Positions 1 to 10,003 are shown, counted from the stretch's first letter. The stretch: 64,000 nt of DNA from Candidatus Anstonellales archaeon (GCA_038890615.1 JAWAFI010000002.1:17488-81487); one strand, 5' to 3'. The notes: generated by a model from the sequence alone, not told the origin. Made by a program: numbers and translations.

Positions 1-2
1 TA

Positions 3-1253
3 GCAAAAATAGATTCAGTAGTTGATAGGGTTAAGAAAGCAGAAAGCACAGAGGCAGCGGTTGGAGCGCTTATAAAATTGCTCGGCATAGATGAAATTCA
101 GGCAAAAGCAATACTTGAGATGAAACTCAGCAGGATAATAAAGATGGAAAGGGAAGAGATAGAGGCAGAGGTTGCAGAATTAAAGAAAAAAATAGACTAC
201 CTGAAAGGCATACTTGAGCATAGGGAAAGGCTGCTTGAGGTTGTAAAGGCTGAAATAAAAGAAGAGATGGCAAAGTTTGGGGATGAAAGGAGGACGCAGC
301 TAGCACCTGCAGATGAGGAGGAAGAGGAAATAATACTTGAGAACAAGGAGGAGTTCATAATACGAACATCAAAAGGGTATATGAAGAGGGTACCTGCAGA
401 GCTTTACAAGGAGCAGAAGCGCGGAGGAAAGGGGGTTATTTCAGCAAGGGTAGGGGAGGATGAGAGCATAGTTGAGGTGCTTGCGTGCAAGACAAAGGAC
501 ACTGTGCTACTTTTTGGAAAGCAAGGAAGGGTATACGCAATACCTGCGTACAAGATAGCAAGGGAGGACAGGTACGGAAAGGGGGTGCATACAAGCTCGC
601 TCCTGACAGAGGAAGGCGTGGAAGTAATAAAGATGCTGAGCATAGATGAAGATGCAGATTATTCTGGAAAATCATTCTTCTTTGTGACTAAAAAAGGGGT
701 TGTGAAGAGGACGCCTGTGGATGCCTTCAAGAGGCTTGGAAGGGTAGGGGTAAGGGCTATTGTGCTCAAAGAAGGCGATGTGCTTGTGGATGTAAAGATT
801 GTAAGCGAAGATGATGAAATAATTCTGCTAAGCAGCAAGGGCATGTCAATAAGGTTTGATGCAAATGATGTAAGGAACATGGGCAGGGTTTCTGCAGGAG
901 TGAGGGGCATGCGCCTAAAAGAAGATGACTATGTTGTAAGCGCTTCGTATGGAAGGGACGCAATATTCATAGTAACTGAAAGGGGTTATGGGAAGAGGGT
1001 TGAATCAGATAGGTTCAGGAAGCAGCACAGGGGAGGAAAGGGGATAAGGGCTATAAAGCTTGTTGAAAAGACAGGGAACATAGCAGGGGCAAAGGCGATA
1101 AGCGATGATTCAGCAGTGATAATCCTTACTGAAAAGGGCAAGAGCATAATGTTTGAGGCAAGCGATGTTAGGGTTATGGGAAGGCAGGCAAGAGGAGTTA
1201 GGGTTATGAGAGTAGAAGAGGGCGACAGAGTAAGCAGCTTGGCAGTGCTTTGA
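3..1253 (+). CDS. gyrA: DNA gyrase subunit A, C-terminal part (5'-truncated by window)
   Basis: Frame open from nt 3; 'QAKAILEMKLSR', 'KFGDERRT', GyrA-box QKRGGKG and beta-pinwheel blade repeats (GRVSAGVRGM, GRQARGVRVM). Confidence 0.95.
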   Translation, partial: AKIDSVVDRVKKAESTEAAVGALIKLLGIDEIQAKAILEMKLSRIIKMEREEIEAEVAELKKKIDYLKGILEHRERLLEVVKAEIKEEMAKFGDERRTQLAPADEEEEEIILENKEEFIIRTSKGYMKRVPAELYKEQKRGGKGVISARVGEDESIVEVLACKTKDTVLLFGKQGRVYAIPAYKIAREDRYGKGVHTSSLLTEEGVEVIKMLSIDEDADYSGKSFFFVTKKGVVKRTPVDAFKRLGRVGVRAIVLKEGDVLVDVKIVSEDDEIILLSSKGMSIRFDANDVRNMGRVSAGVRGMRLKEDDYVVSASYGRDAIFIVTERGYGKRVESDRFRKQHRGGKGIRAIKLVEKTGNIAGAKAISDDSAVIILTEKGKSIMFEASDVRVMGRQARGVRVMRVEEGDRVSSLAVL

Positions 1254-1257
1254 TAAG

Positions 1258-2376
1258 ATGAATAAAAATACTCGGCTGCTTTCCAAAATAAGCTTTTTTA
1301 CTGATGCAAGCAGCGAAATAATAAGTGCTATACTTCCAATATACTTGACGCAGGGGCTTGGCCTTGGGGCGCATGTTGTTGGGATCGTAGAAGGAGTGGC
1401 AATTGTCATTACAGAGATGATAAGGTCAATAGCTTCATATGTGCAGGAAGGGTATAGGGGGAGGAAAATATTCGTGCAGATCGGCTACTGGCTCTCTGCC
1501 ATTTTCAAGCTCTTTTATCCGCTCATAAACAGCAGCGGAAGCGCTTTGATAATCCACACCCTGCAAAGGGCAGGAAAGGGCATAAGGGAAGGGGCAAGGG
1601 ACGCCATAATAGCAAAAACAGAGACAACTAAATTAGGGGAGGCCTTTGGCTACAGGAAGATGATGGACAATCTAGGAGCAGTAATAGGCTCACTGCTTGC
1701 GCTTATACTTGGCTATATGTTTGCTGGTAATTATTGGGCTATTTTTGCTATAGCAGCACTACCTTCCTTGCTTGGGGCAAGCATGACCGCAAATATAGTG
1801 GATGTAAAAACAGTCCCTAAAAAAGTTACAATTAAGAGAATGGGGGGCAAATTCTTCCTTTTCCTTGTAGTTTGCAGCATATTTGCAATTTCGCTTTTCA
1901 GCCATTCTTTCATTGTGCTGCTTGGGGCTGACTATGGAAAGCCTTTTGAATTTTTCCTTGTTTTCAACATACTTTACCTTATAGTATCGTACCATATAGG
2001 CAAGGGGTTTGACAAAGACCGATACTCCGTTCTGCTTTTGCCCTTTGTTTCAATGCTGCTGCTTGGGATTGCAGCGCTTTTCAACAACATAATAGCAGCT
2101 GTGTTTATAGTGCTTTTTTATGCAATAGGTAAGGGAAGCATAGAGGTAATACCCAGAGCTATGCTTAAGGGAATGGGGCGTGCTTACACAATGGAGGTAG
2201 GGCTTATTTATTCAGCTATAGGGATGGCGCAATTCCTTGGAACAGTGGCAACAGGGTTCCTTTGGAACTACTTTTTAATTGGAGCCCGGCTTCCTTTGCT
2301 GCTCCCCCCTATTTTTGCCCTGCTTGCAGCAATTGTCTGGGTTGCAGGGCAAAGGCTTTTTAAGCACCACTTATAA
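1258..2376 (+). CDS. MFS transporter
   Basis: About 12 hydrophobic segments; 'SFFTDASSEII', 'RAGKGIREGARDAII', 'GEAFGYRKMMDNLGAVIG' typical of this MFS subfamily. Confidence 0.85.
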   Translation: MNKNTRLLSKISFFTDASSEIISAILPIYLTQGLGLGAHVVGIVEGVAIVITEMIRSIASYVQEGYRGRKIFVQIGYWLSAIFKLFYPLINSSGSALIIHTLQRAGKGIREGARDAIIAKTETTKLGEAFGYRKMMDNLGAVIGSLLALILGYMFAGNYWAIFAIAALPSLLGASMTANIVDVKTVPKKVTIKRMGGKFFLFLVVCSIFAISLFSHSFIVLLGADYGKPFEFFLVFNILYLIVSYHIGKGFDKDRYSVLLLPFVSMLLLGIAALFNNIIAAVFIVLFYAIGKGSIEVIPRAMLKGMGRAYTMEVGLIYSAIGMAQFLGTVATGFLWNYFLIGARLPLLLPPIFALLAAIVWVAGQRLFKHHL

Positions 2377-2392
2377 AAACATCAGTGGCAAT

Positions 2393-3649
2393 ATGAACAG
2401 AAGTCTACTACTCGCAGCAATGCTCCTGCTCTCCATTGCTAACGCCATAACTGTTGAAAGCGGGGCAGAATGCAAAGCTGGCTTTTCTGAGAAAGTAGTT
2501 GTAAAGGTTTATGATGGGGAAAATTCCCCAATTGAAGGCGCGCTTGTGAATATAACCTACCAAAAGGATGCCACTACAGGAAAAGGATATGTAACAAGCC
2601 CCAATGTATATACTGACTCAAACGGAATGGCTTCATTTCTTGTAGTGAACATTGAAACGCTTGAGAGCAGGGTAAAGTGCGATTACACAATAAGGGCAAG
2701 CTATGGAGGGGTTAGCTCAAGGCTGGACACTTATTACAAGATGCCACAGCCATTTGGGATTACTATAAATGTATATCCTGTTATAATAAAGCTGCTTGAC
2801 AGGTACAAAAAGACGATCGAGCAAGGCAGCGTTTCAAGCAACGGAGTTCCGTGCATCAAAAGGGAGGACTACAGTTGGAAATGCTATGGGGGGAAAGGAA
2901 CGGTTTTCACTGCATCGTTTGGGGATTCCACAAAGGAATTTGAAGAAGATATAACAAATAGCACATACAAATACTATGTCCTTGATGTTTACCAGGCAAG
3001 CTTGCTACTGAAAGATGACACAGGGAAGCTTGTGAGCGGTATAGTTAAGGTAGGGGACCATTCCTATCAAGTAGAAGGTGAGGCGCCTGTTGTAGCTTAC
3101 CACCAAACAGAAACAGTAAGGGCAGAGGGGCTTGGAATAACGAAAGAAAGGGCTGTCGATTTTGCATCCACAGATGTTGTTGCTTTCATCTTTGACATAC
3201 ACAGCCCGTTGATAGGGCAAACAACCATAGAAGGAAATGATGACAATACCAAGATGATTATAAAATCCCACATAACTGATACCATAGGGGTTTCAAGCGC
3301 TAAGGTGCTTTATACAGTAGGGGGCAAAACCTCGCAGGCAAGCGGTGTAAAAAGAGGGGACACTTACGAATTCACGCTTCCAGTCCCTGAAAATTACAGG
3401 ATCGTAAGCATAACAATAGTTGCCACTGATGCTGATGGAAACACCGCACAGAGGAGCGGAACAATAACTATCACTGAGGTTAAAGAAGAGGGAGGGAGCA
3501 AAGGAGCTTCAACCCAAACAGGGCAAGAAGGAGGAGAGGTAAACATTCTTTTAATAGGAGCAGGTATAATAGTGGTGCTTATAGCTATTGTTGCCTTCTT
3601 TTACTTCAAGTCAAAGATGGAGTGGGAGAAGGAGCAGAAGGGGCAGTAG
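2393..3649 (+). CDS. Secreted, C-terminally membrane-anchored surface protein with beta-sandwich/Ig-like domains
   Basis: Start refined to ATG 2393: signal peptide MNRSLLLAAMLLLSIANA; beta-rich body; G/T/Q linker; C-terminal TM helix followed by basic residues. Confidence 0.7.
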   Translation: MNRSLLLAAMLLLSIANAITVESGAECKAGFSEKVVVKVYDGENSPIEGALVNITYQKDATTGKGYVTSPNVYTDSNGMASFLVVNIETLESRVKCDYTIRASYGGVSSRLDTYYKMPQPFGITINVYPVIIKLLDRYKKTIEQGSVSSNGVPCIKREDYSWKCYGGKGTVFTASFGDSTKEFEEDITNSTYKYYVLDVYQASLLLKDDTGKLVSGIVKVGDHSYQVEGEAPVVAYHQTETVRAEGLGITKERAVDFASTDVVAFIFDIHSPLIGQTTIEGNDDNTKMIIKSHITDTIGVSSAKVLYTVGGKTSQASGVKRGDTYEFTLPVPENYRIVSITIVATDADGNTAQRSGTITITEVKEEGGSKGASTQTGQEGGEVNILLIGAGIIVVLIAIVAFFYFKSKMEWEKEQKGQ

Positions 3650-3711
3650 CAATCTGGCAATATTCTTTTTGGGACATTAGCATGGGCCTTAAGAAAAAAG
3701 CAGGTATAATA

Positions 3712-4022
3712 ATGGGCAAAGGGGGAAAGAAGGGTTGTTGGAAGATTTATAGAACGTAAGGGGCTTGGCAATGATGGAATTATTGAGAGAGTGGTCTCAC
3801 AGCTATTAGCAGCAGGAATTAAGGAAAGAGGCTTTTGAGGAGCTTAAGAGGATTAATAAGGAAAGGAAGAAGATTGGATAGGAAAGGAGAAATGAGATTG
3901 GAAAAGAGCTGCTAGAAGAATATAAAAAAAAGAAAAGAGTTTCAGTTGAGAGGGTTGCAAAACTTATTTTAGCAGGGGCGAAATTGGATTTGCAGGATGA
4001 TGATATATTAGAAGAAAGATAA
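3712..4022 (+). pseudogene. Degraded member of the EDKEAFEEL ankyrin family
   Basis: Not in ORF track. Reads ..GIIERVV.. (frameshift) EAFEELKRINKERKKIG*ERRNEIGKELLEEYKKKKRVSVERVAKLILAGAKLDLQDD; 3828-3862 matches the reverse complement of 62760-62794 at 34/35 nt. Confidence 0.85.
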
Positions 4023-4040
4023 AGGGGTGAAACGAGGAAT

Positions 4041-4080
4041 AAGCTTTATAAATATGGTTGTAATATATTTATGAAGGTGA
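4041..4080 (+). promoter_or_regulatory. TATA box (TTTATAAATA) and SD (GAAGGTGA) for the HTH-polB operon
   Basis: aagcTTTATAAATA at 4041-4054; GAAGGTGA ending 6 nt before ATG 4087. Confidence 0.6.
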
Positions 4081-4086
4081 CAATAT

Positions 4087-4821
4087 ATGGGAAGAAAGAA
4101 GCTGTTCAACATAAACATAGTAATTGACCAAAGTTGGCTCAATGCTTATAACCTTTCAAAAAAGATGATGGATTCTGACAAGAAGGAGTTTGAAAAGCTG
4201 AAAGAGTATACTGCAAGGCTTAATTCAGAAATAAAGAAAGTCAAAGTAGAAAGGTTCACCAAGGAAGTTAGGGAGAGCATTGCAAAAAGATATGGGCTTT
4301 ATAGCATTGACAAGGCATACTTGGCTTTCAACAAAATCACAGGAATAAAGAGAAGGGCTTTCATGGGGAGAGTTGAAAGGGGAGTTATACCAGTGGTTAA
4401 GGTAGGAAGGTTCAGGTATATCCCAAGCGAAGTAATGGATTACTATGTTGGCGTTTACAGCAAGTACCAATCCCTCACAGAAGCATACAAGAAGCTTGAG
4501 GGTGAAGGATTCATCCCAAACCTAAGAGCTTTCATAGGAAGGGCAGAAAAAGGCTCTGTGCCAAACGTTAAGATAGGGACGAGGAAATTCATACCAAATG
4601 TAGTTGTTGATGGCCTGACTAAGGTTGCAAAGTATTATTATGACGTTCCAACTGCGCTCGAGAAAATAAATGATGCTGGGCTCAAGATCTCTTCCAATGC
4701 CTTTGAGAGGAGATTAGACAGGGGGAGGATACCTTTCATAAAAATAGGAGGAAAAAGGTACATCCACAAATCAGTTCTTAATGAAATGATAACACAGGAG
4801 ATTCAAAAAAGGAGTAGGTAA
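4087..4821 (+). CDS. Protein with three tandem Xis/HTH_17 (MerR-like wHTH) domains
   Basis: Three ~55-aa repeats: AFMGRVERGVIPVVKVGRFRYIP / AFIGRAEKGSVPNVKIGTRKFIP / AFERRLDRGRIPFIKIGGKRYIH. Confidence 0.7.
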   Translation: MGRKKLFNINIVIDQSWLNAYNLSKKMMDSDKKEFEKLKEYTARLNSEIKKVKVERFTKEVRESIAKRYGLYSIDKAYLAFNKITGIKRRAFMGRVERGVIPVVKVGRFRYIPSEVMDYYVGVYSKYQSLTEAYKKLEGEGFIPNLRAFIGRAEKGSVPNVKIGTRKFIPNVVVDGLTKVAKYYYDVPTALEKINDAGLKISSNAFERRLDRGRIPFIKIGGKRYIHKSVLNEMITQEIQKRSR

Positions 4822-7134
4822 ATGAAGGCTTTCCTTCTTGATGCTTCATACGCCATTAAGAAGGATAAGACCTATGTAAAACTGCTTTTGAAAAACAGAA
4901 AGGGGCTTTTTTACAGGTACTTCCAATACGATCCTTATTTTTATGCAGAACCATCTGCCGAGCGATTGGTAAAGGCAATGGCAGAAGTGAAAGGTGTTGA
5001 AAGGGTTAAGATGATAAAGGGCTTTGAGGAAAGAGAACTGCTCAAGGTAATATGCAGCAGGCCAGGGGATGTGAGGGCTTTAAGGGATCGGCTCAAGGGA
5101 AGGTGCTACGAGGCAGATATAATATTTGCAAAAAGGTTCCTGGCCGACTTTGGGCTTGCCCCTAATAGAAGGCTGATATACACAAAGAAGGGCAAAAATG
5201 AGATAGCAGAGATTAAAGGGCAGGAAGAAGGTGAGCTTGTTTTAAGCAAGGTTGCAATTGACATTGAGGTATCAAACCCAGACATAATACCAGACCCAAG
5301 CAGGGATCCAGTAATAATGTTCAGCTACAAGTCAGCAACAGAGCAAGGTGTAATCACTACAAAGAACATAGATAGGGATTTTGTCAAAGTAGTAAAAAGC
5401 GAGAAAGAGCTGATAGAAAGGGCATTTGAGATTATAGACAAGCATGAGCTCATATATGGCTACAACTCCTCCAACTTTGACATCCCCTACTTGATTGAAA
5501 GGGCAGATAAGATAGGGGCTAACTTCCCTATAAAGGTGAGAAAGGTAAGGAAAGGGCTTTTCACAGGGCTAAGCATTTCAAAAAAAGTCCATGTAGACCT
5601 TTACTACTCATCAAGGCTTTACGCTGCTATAGGGCTAATAAAACCTTCTGATTACACCTTAAAAGGCGTTTTTGAATATATGTTCCAAGAAAAGAAGCAA
5701 ACTTTTGACAGGATACACATTGGGGATGCATGGAAAAACGACAAAGAGCTAGGAAAGCTCGCTGATTACTCCCTTTCTGATGCAATATGCACCTACAAGA
5801 TAGGGGAAAGGTTTATAGATCTCCAGAAAGAGATGTCAACCATATCTGGAATACCTTTGTTTGAGCTCAGTTTTTCAACAAGCGGCCAGATGGTCGAAAG
5901 CCTTCTTATCCACGAATCAAGGAAAAGAAATATTATAATCCCTTCAAAGCCAACAGAGAGGGAAGTCAAGGAAAGGCTAATGAAGAGCGTTGTAGGGGGC
6001 TATGTGAAGCTTCCTGAGGCAGGGATATATGATGACATAGCTGTGTTTGACTTCAGGGGGCTGTACCCATCAATAATAGTTTCATACAATGTAGACCCAA
6101 ATACAATAAGCAATGAAGGGGAGCACTTATCCCCAACAGGAACCAGGTTCCTAAAAGAGCCAATAGGGCTCATCCCTGCAGTTTTGCTTGAGCTCATAAA
6201 GAAAAGGAGCAAAATAAAGGATGAGCTTAAAACTTTGGGGAGAGAAAGCAAGGAATATGAGAGGGCATCAAACAGGAGCTTTGCGCTCAAAATACTATCA
6301 AATTCGTTCTACGGCTACTTGGGCTATGCAAGAAGCAGATGGTATTCATTTGAGTGCGCAGAAAGCATAACAGCATGGGGAAGGAAGCACATAAAAGACG
6401 CCGCAGAAATAAGCGAGCGCAATGGCTTCAAGGTTCTTTACATAGACACAGACAGCCTTTTCATACTGACAGAGGGAGAAAAGGACAAGGTCCTCTCCCT
6501 AGTTAAAGACATAAACAATAAATTGCCAGGGGAGATGGAGCTTGAGCTTGAGGGGTTTTACAAGAGAGGCATATTCGTTAGCAAGAAGAGCGAGGAGAAG
6601 GGAGCAAAGAAAAAGTATGCACTGCTTGGAGAGGACGGAAGGATAAAGATAAGGGGCTTTGAGTTGGTAAGGAGGGACTGGTCTGGCATTGCCAAAAAAA
6701 CGCAGGAAAGGGTGCTCAATGCACTCCTGATAGACGGAAGCAAGGAAAAAGCAGCAGAAATAGTAAGGGAAGTAATTGACAAGCTTAGGAAGAAAGAGGT
6801 GCCAAAGGAAGATCTAGTTATTTACACCCAGTTAAAGAAGGATCCTGCTGAATACGATGTAATAAGCCCGGAAGTTAGTGCAGCCAAAAAAGGCATAGAA
6901 GCAGGCATGAGGATAGGGAAGGGTTCTGTAATAGGCTATATAGTTGGATCAAAAGGGAAAAGTATCTCAGACAAGGCAGTAATGGCAGAAAATGCAGAAG
7001 ATTACGACAGCAACTACTACATAGAGCACCAAGTGCTGCCTGCTATAATGAAGCTCCTTAAGGAATTCGGATATAGTGAAGAAGAGCTGATTAGCCAGCA
7101 CAAGCAGAAAAACTTGGGTGATTTCTTTGGATAA
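4822..7134 (+). CDS. polB: Family B DNA polymerase with proofreading exonuclease
   Basis: Exo DIE, YNSSNFD, YSLSD; pol DFRGLYPSII, KILSNSFYG, YIDTDS; C-terminal PIP box QKNLGDFF; no intein. Confidence 0.97.
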   Translation: MKAFLLDASYAIKKDKTYVKLLLKNRKGLFYRYFQYDPYFYAEPSAERLVKAMAEVKGVERVKMIKGFEERELLKVICSRPGDVRALRDRLKGRCYEADIIFAKRFLADFGLAPNRRLIYTKKGKNEIAEIKGQEEGELVLSKVAIDIEVSNPDIIPDPSRDPVIMFSYKSATEQGVITTKNIDRDFVKVVKSEKELIERAFEIIDKHELIYGYNSSNFDIPYLIERADKIGANFPIKVRKVRKGLFTGLSISKKVHVDLYYSSRLYAAIGLIKPSDYTLKGVFEYMFQEKKQTFDRIHIGDAWKNDKELGKLADYSLSDAICTYKIGERFIDLQKEMSTISGIPLFELSFSTSGQMVESLLIHESRKRNIIIPSKPTEREVKERLMKSVVGGYVKLPEAGIYDDIAVFDFRGLYPSIIVSYNVDPNTISNEGEHLSPTGTRFLKEPIGLIPAVLLELIKKRSKIKDELKTLGRESKEYERASNRSFALKILSNSFYGYLGYARSRWYSFECAESITAWGRKHIKDAAEISERNGFKVLYIDTDSLFILTEGEKDKVLSLVKDINNKLPGEMELELEGFYKRGIFVSKKSEEKGAKKKYALLGEDGRIKIRGFELVRRDWSGIAKKTQERVLNALLIDGSKEKAAEIVREVIDKLRKKEVPKEDLVIYTQLKKDPAEYDVISPEVSAAKKGIEAGMRIGKGSVIGYIVGSKGKSISDKAVMAENAEDYDSNYYIEHQVLPAIMKLLKEFGYSEEELISQHKQKNLGDFFG

Positions 7135-7750
7135 GCTGAAAGTTGGTAGGAAGCTTTTGCTGCTCAAAAACGGCTTTATTGAAGGCAACAAAGAGGTGCT
7201 ATGGGCCTGCGAAATAGGGGAGAAGGAGCAGGCGCTCTTTGAGGAGGTAAAGGATTGCTTTGTGCCTGCAAAGGGCTTCTTTAAAGGTGAGAAGAACTGG
7301 TTTTTAGGAATAATAAGAGATGGAATTGTTTTCATTCCCAACGAATTGGTCAAAACAGCTGAGCTTGAGAAGCTAAAAGAGAGCCACAGGCAAAGGATTG
7401 CAGAAGGGGTAGTGTACAATCTTGCAAGAATGCACTCGAAATCAATAATGCTTAGGAATTTCTCGCTTGCAAACTTGCTTTATGGAAGGGATGTTGTTTT
7501 TCTTGACCCATCCAAACTTGCGAGAGCAATGGATAGCATAGGGCTCGTAAATGAGTTCTTATATGCAATGAAGGCCTTGATCATGTCAGATATTGTAGGT
7601 AAGGGAAACGCACAGGAATATATAAGCGCATATTTCCTAAGGATGAAGGAAGCATGCAGGGCATGGTACATAAGGAAGTATAAAATAAGGCCCAAGAAGG
7701 AAAGCGAGATTGTAAGGGAGATGTATGACAGCATAATAATGTTTCACTAA
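7118..7750 (+). CDS. Hypothetical protein with degenerate protein-kinase-like (Kdo/Bud32-like) C-lobe
   Basis: LARMHSKSIMLRNFSLANLL..VFLD resembles LaxlH..gixHxDl...N....liD without the catalytic H/D; overlaps polB 3' end. Confidence 0.5.
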   Translation: MISLDKLKVGRKLLLLKNGFIEGNKEVLWACEIGEKEQALFEEVKDCFVPAKGFFKGEKNWFLGIIRDGIVFIPNELVKTAELEKLKESHRQRIAEGVVYNLARMHSKSIMLRNFSLANLLYGRDVVFLDPSKLARAMDSIGLVNEFLYAMKALIMSDIVGKGNAQEYISAYFLRMKEACRAWYIRKYKIRPKKESEIVREMYDSIIMFH

Positions 7751-7753
7751 ACA

Positions 7754-10003
7754 TTAAAGTTCCTCTATTTCAGTAGGCGCATCCTTGTCCTTGTCCCTGC
7801 TTAACTTAAGGTACTTTCCTGTGTCTGCGGAGATGAGATTTTCATCGTGTGTTATTATGAAAGATTGTTCAACTAATTCAGGGAGCCTGTGCTGAATCAA
7901 TTCTGAAAGGGCGAGCACAGAGTCCCTATCTAGGTTGTGGGTCGGCTCATCCAATATTAGGATGTTTATGTCTGGAAGAATGACGGAAGCTAGCGCAATC
8001 CTAAAAGCAAGCGCAAGTGCAGTCCTTTCCCCGCCGCTCATCAACCTATCTATGTCATGCCATTCACTTTCATAAAGCACCTCAAATTCATACCCCCTAT
8101 CGCTTATCCCTATGCGCACCGCCTCATAGTTGCTATATGGGTAGATTACACGCCATATATGGGATATGGCAGTGTTCAGGGCGTCTATCACAGCCATGCG
8201 CATTTCTGCCTGGCTTTCTTCCACAACTGCCTTAAGTATTTCAAGCTGGCTTATGGCATGGGCAAGCTTGCTAATCCTGAATTCTAACTCTTTTGCCCTT
8301 TTGAGCTCAGAGCTTAGCTGTAAAGCTCTATCCTTAATCTCATAATACTCTCTCTTCCTTTCACTCAAGAGCACCTCTTTTTCAGAGAGGGCTTTTATAT
8401 ACTGCTCTATCTGCGCCCTTATATCAGCAAGCTCTTTCTCCTTCTGCTGAAGCTTGGCTTCTGCACCTTCCAACTCCTCAAGCTCCTTCTCTATTCTTTC
8501 CTTTTCCTTCTGCAACACAGGCACTTTGTCGCTTTTGCTCTTCTTTTCTTCCAACCTCCGCAGTGAGACAAGCACCTCTTCCTTCCTGCGGCTGTCAAAG
8601 GAGAGGGAGGAAAGGGCATCAAAAAGGGCTTTCTTCTCACTAGAGCGCTTTGATATTTCTTCTATCTCCTTTTCCTTCTCCTTTATATGAAGAAGCGTAA
8701 CTTCAGCTCTTTCAATAAAGGAAAGCCTCGCCTTAAGCTCTCCCTTTTGCCTTATCTTAGCTTCCAATGAATCAAGTTGGGAAGCCAATCTTTCTTTTAT
8801 ATATGAGTGCTCCTTTATCAGCTCAGCAGCGTGCTCTTTCGTAAGGGGGCGCCTGCAAACAGGGCAATCAGATGAAGCAGAGGAAAGTATCCCTAGCGTA
8901 TTTTCAGTGTCAGAAAGCTTCTGCTTCAGCTGGGCAAAAAGCGCCTCTGCCTCCTCAACATCCTTGAGCATTGCAATAATATCCTTCTTTTTAGAGCATT
9001 CCTCTTCTAACCTTTTCTTCCCACCTATTTCCTTGGCAAGTGCTTCTTTTCTGCGCTCAAGCTGCTCTATCTCCGCAATTGATTTGCTAAGATTATCCTT
9101 CTTTCTGCTGTATTCTGCCTCTTCCCTTTCAAGCTCCCTCTTCTGCTCTTGGAGAGAAAGAAGCAACTTCATATCCTCTTCATCAAAAGATGAATCTGAT
9201 ATATCCTTTTCTACCACTTCAAGCCGTGCTCGAAGCTGATATGCCCTCTTTATAGAAGCCCTTAAGGAAGCTAATGCAGTAGATACTGAGACGTCTGAAT
9301 TGCGGGCTGAAGAAACAAGATTACGGAGTTCCTTAGCCTCTCCTTCAATCTGGCAAATCATGGCATTTATCTCTTCCTCTTTCTTTGATAGAAAGGATAG
9401 CTCTTCCTCCTTCTTTTTGACCTCTTCTGGTCTGAAAGAATCGCGGAGGCCTGAAAGCTCTGAGTTAAGCTGCTTAAGGGCATCAGAGATATTTGCCCTT
9501 GCCTCTTCAAACCTTTCAAAGCCAAGCAGGGAATCTATCTGCTCTTTGCGCTTTGATGGCACTGCATCAAGAAGAAGGGGGAGGTTGTTCTGCTCGGAAT
9601 AAACAGCTCTGGTAAAATTGAAATAATCTGTTGAGAGTGCTTCTGAAATGTATGCTGAAACTCGCTCTACGCCTTTCTCTATCAATCTTCCATTCACGAA
9701 CAACGAAGCAAAATGCTTTCCGTCACCTGAAACAGAGCGGATCACCCTGAAGGATGAGCCCTTGTGGGTGAAGGTAAGCTCAAGCTCTGCTTTCTCCTGC
9801 CCCTTTCTCACCACATCTGCAAGCTTTACCTTTTTTCTCTCAAGCATTGGAAAGTTTCCAAATAGGGAAAAGCATATTGCGTCTACTATTGAGCTCTTCC
9901 CAGTTCCCATGCCCCCTATGATTAGGTTGCTCCCCTTTGAGAAGGAAATTGAGCTCTTGTGGTGGGAGCGCCAGTTTGAAAGTCTCAAGCTCTGCAGAAG
10001 CAT
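7754..10003 (-). CDS. rad50: Rad50/SbcC-type SMC ATPase
   Basis: Walker A GGMGTGKS, Q-loop YSEQ, zinc hook CPVC, signature MSGGE, Walker B LILDEPT, ITHD. Confidence 0.92.
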   Translation of the reverse strand: MLLQSLRLSNWRSHHKSSISFSKGSNLIIGGMGTGKSSIVDAICFSLFGNFPMLERKKVKLADVVRKGQEKAELELTFTHKGSSFRVIRSVSGDGKHFASLFVNGRLIEKGVERVSAYISEALSTDYFNFTRAVYSEQNNLPLLLDAVPSKRKEQIDSLLGFERFEEARANISDALKQLNSELSGLRDSFRPEEVKKKEEELSFLSKKEEEINAMICQIEGEAKELRNLVSSARNSDVSVSTALASLRASIKRAYQLRARLEVVEKDISDSSFDEEDMKLLLSLQEQKRELEREEAEYSRKKDNLSKSIAEIEQLERRKEALAKEIGGKKRLEEECSKKKDIIAMLKDVEEAEALFAQLKQKLSDTENTLGILSSASSDCPVCRRPLTKEHAAELIKEHSYIKERLASQLDSLEAKIRQKGELKARLSFIERAEVTLLHIKEKEKEIEEISKRSSEKKALFDALSSLSFDSRRKEEVLVSLRRLEEKKSKSDKVPVLQKEKERIEKELEELEGAEAKLQQKEKELADIRAQIEQYIKALSEKEVLLSERKREYYEIKDRALQLSSELKRAKELEFRISKLAHAISQLEILKAVVEESQAEMRMAVIDALNTAISHIWRVIYPYSNYEAVRIGISDRGYEFEVLYESEWHDIDRLMSGGERTALALAFRIALASVILPDINILILDEPTHNLDRDSVLALSELIQHRLPELVEQSFIITHDENLISADTGKYLKLSRDKDKDAPTEIEEL

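Noticed and set aside
4822..7134. Intein or inactivated PolB2
   Set aside because: Length is normal and all exonuclease and polymerase motifs are intact.
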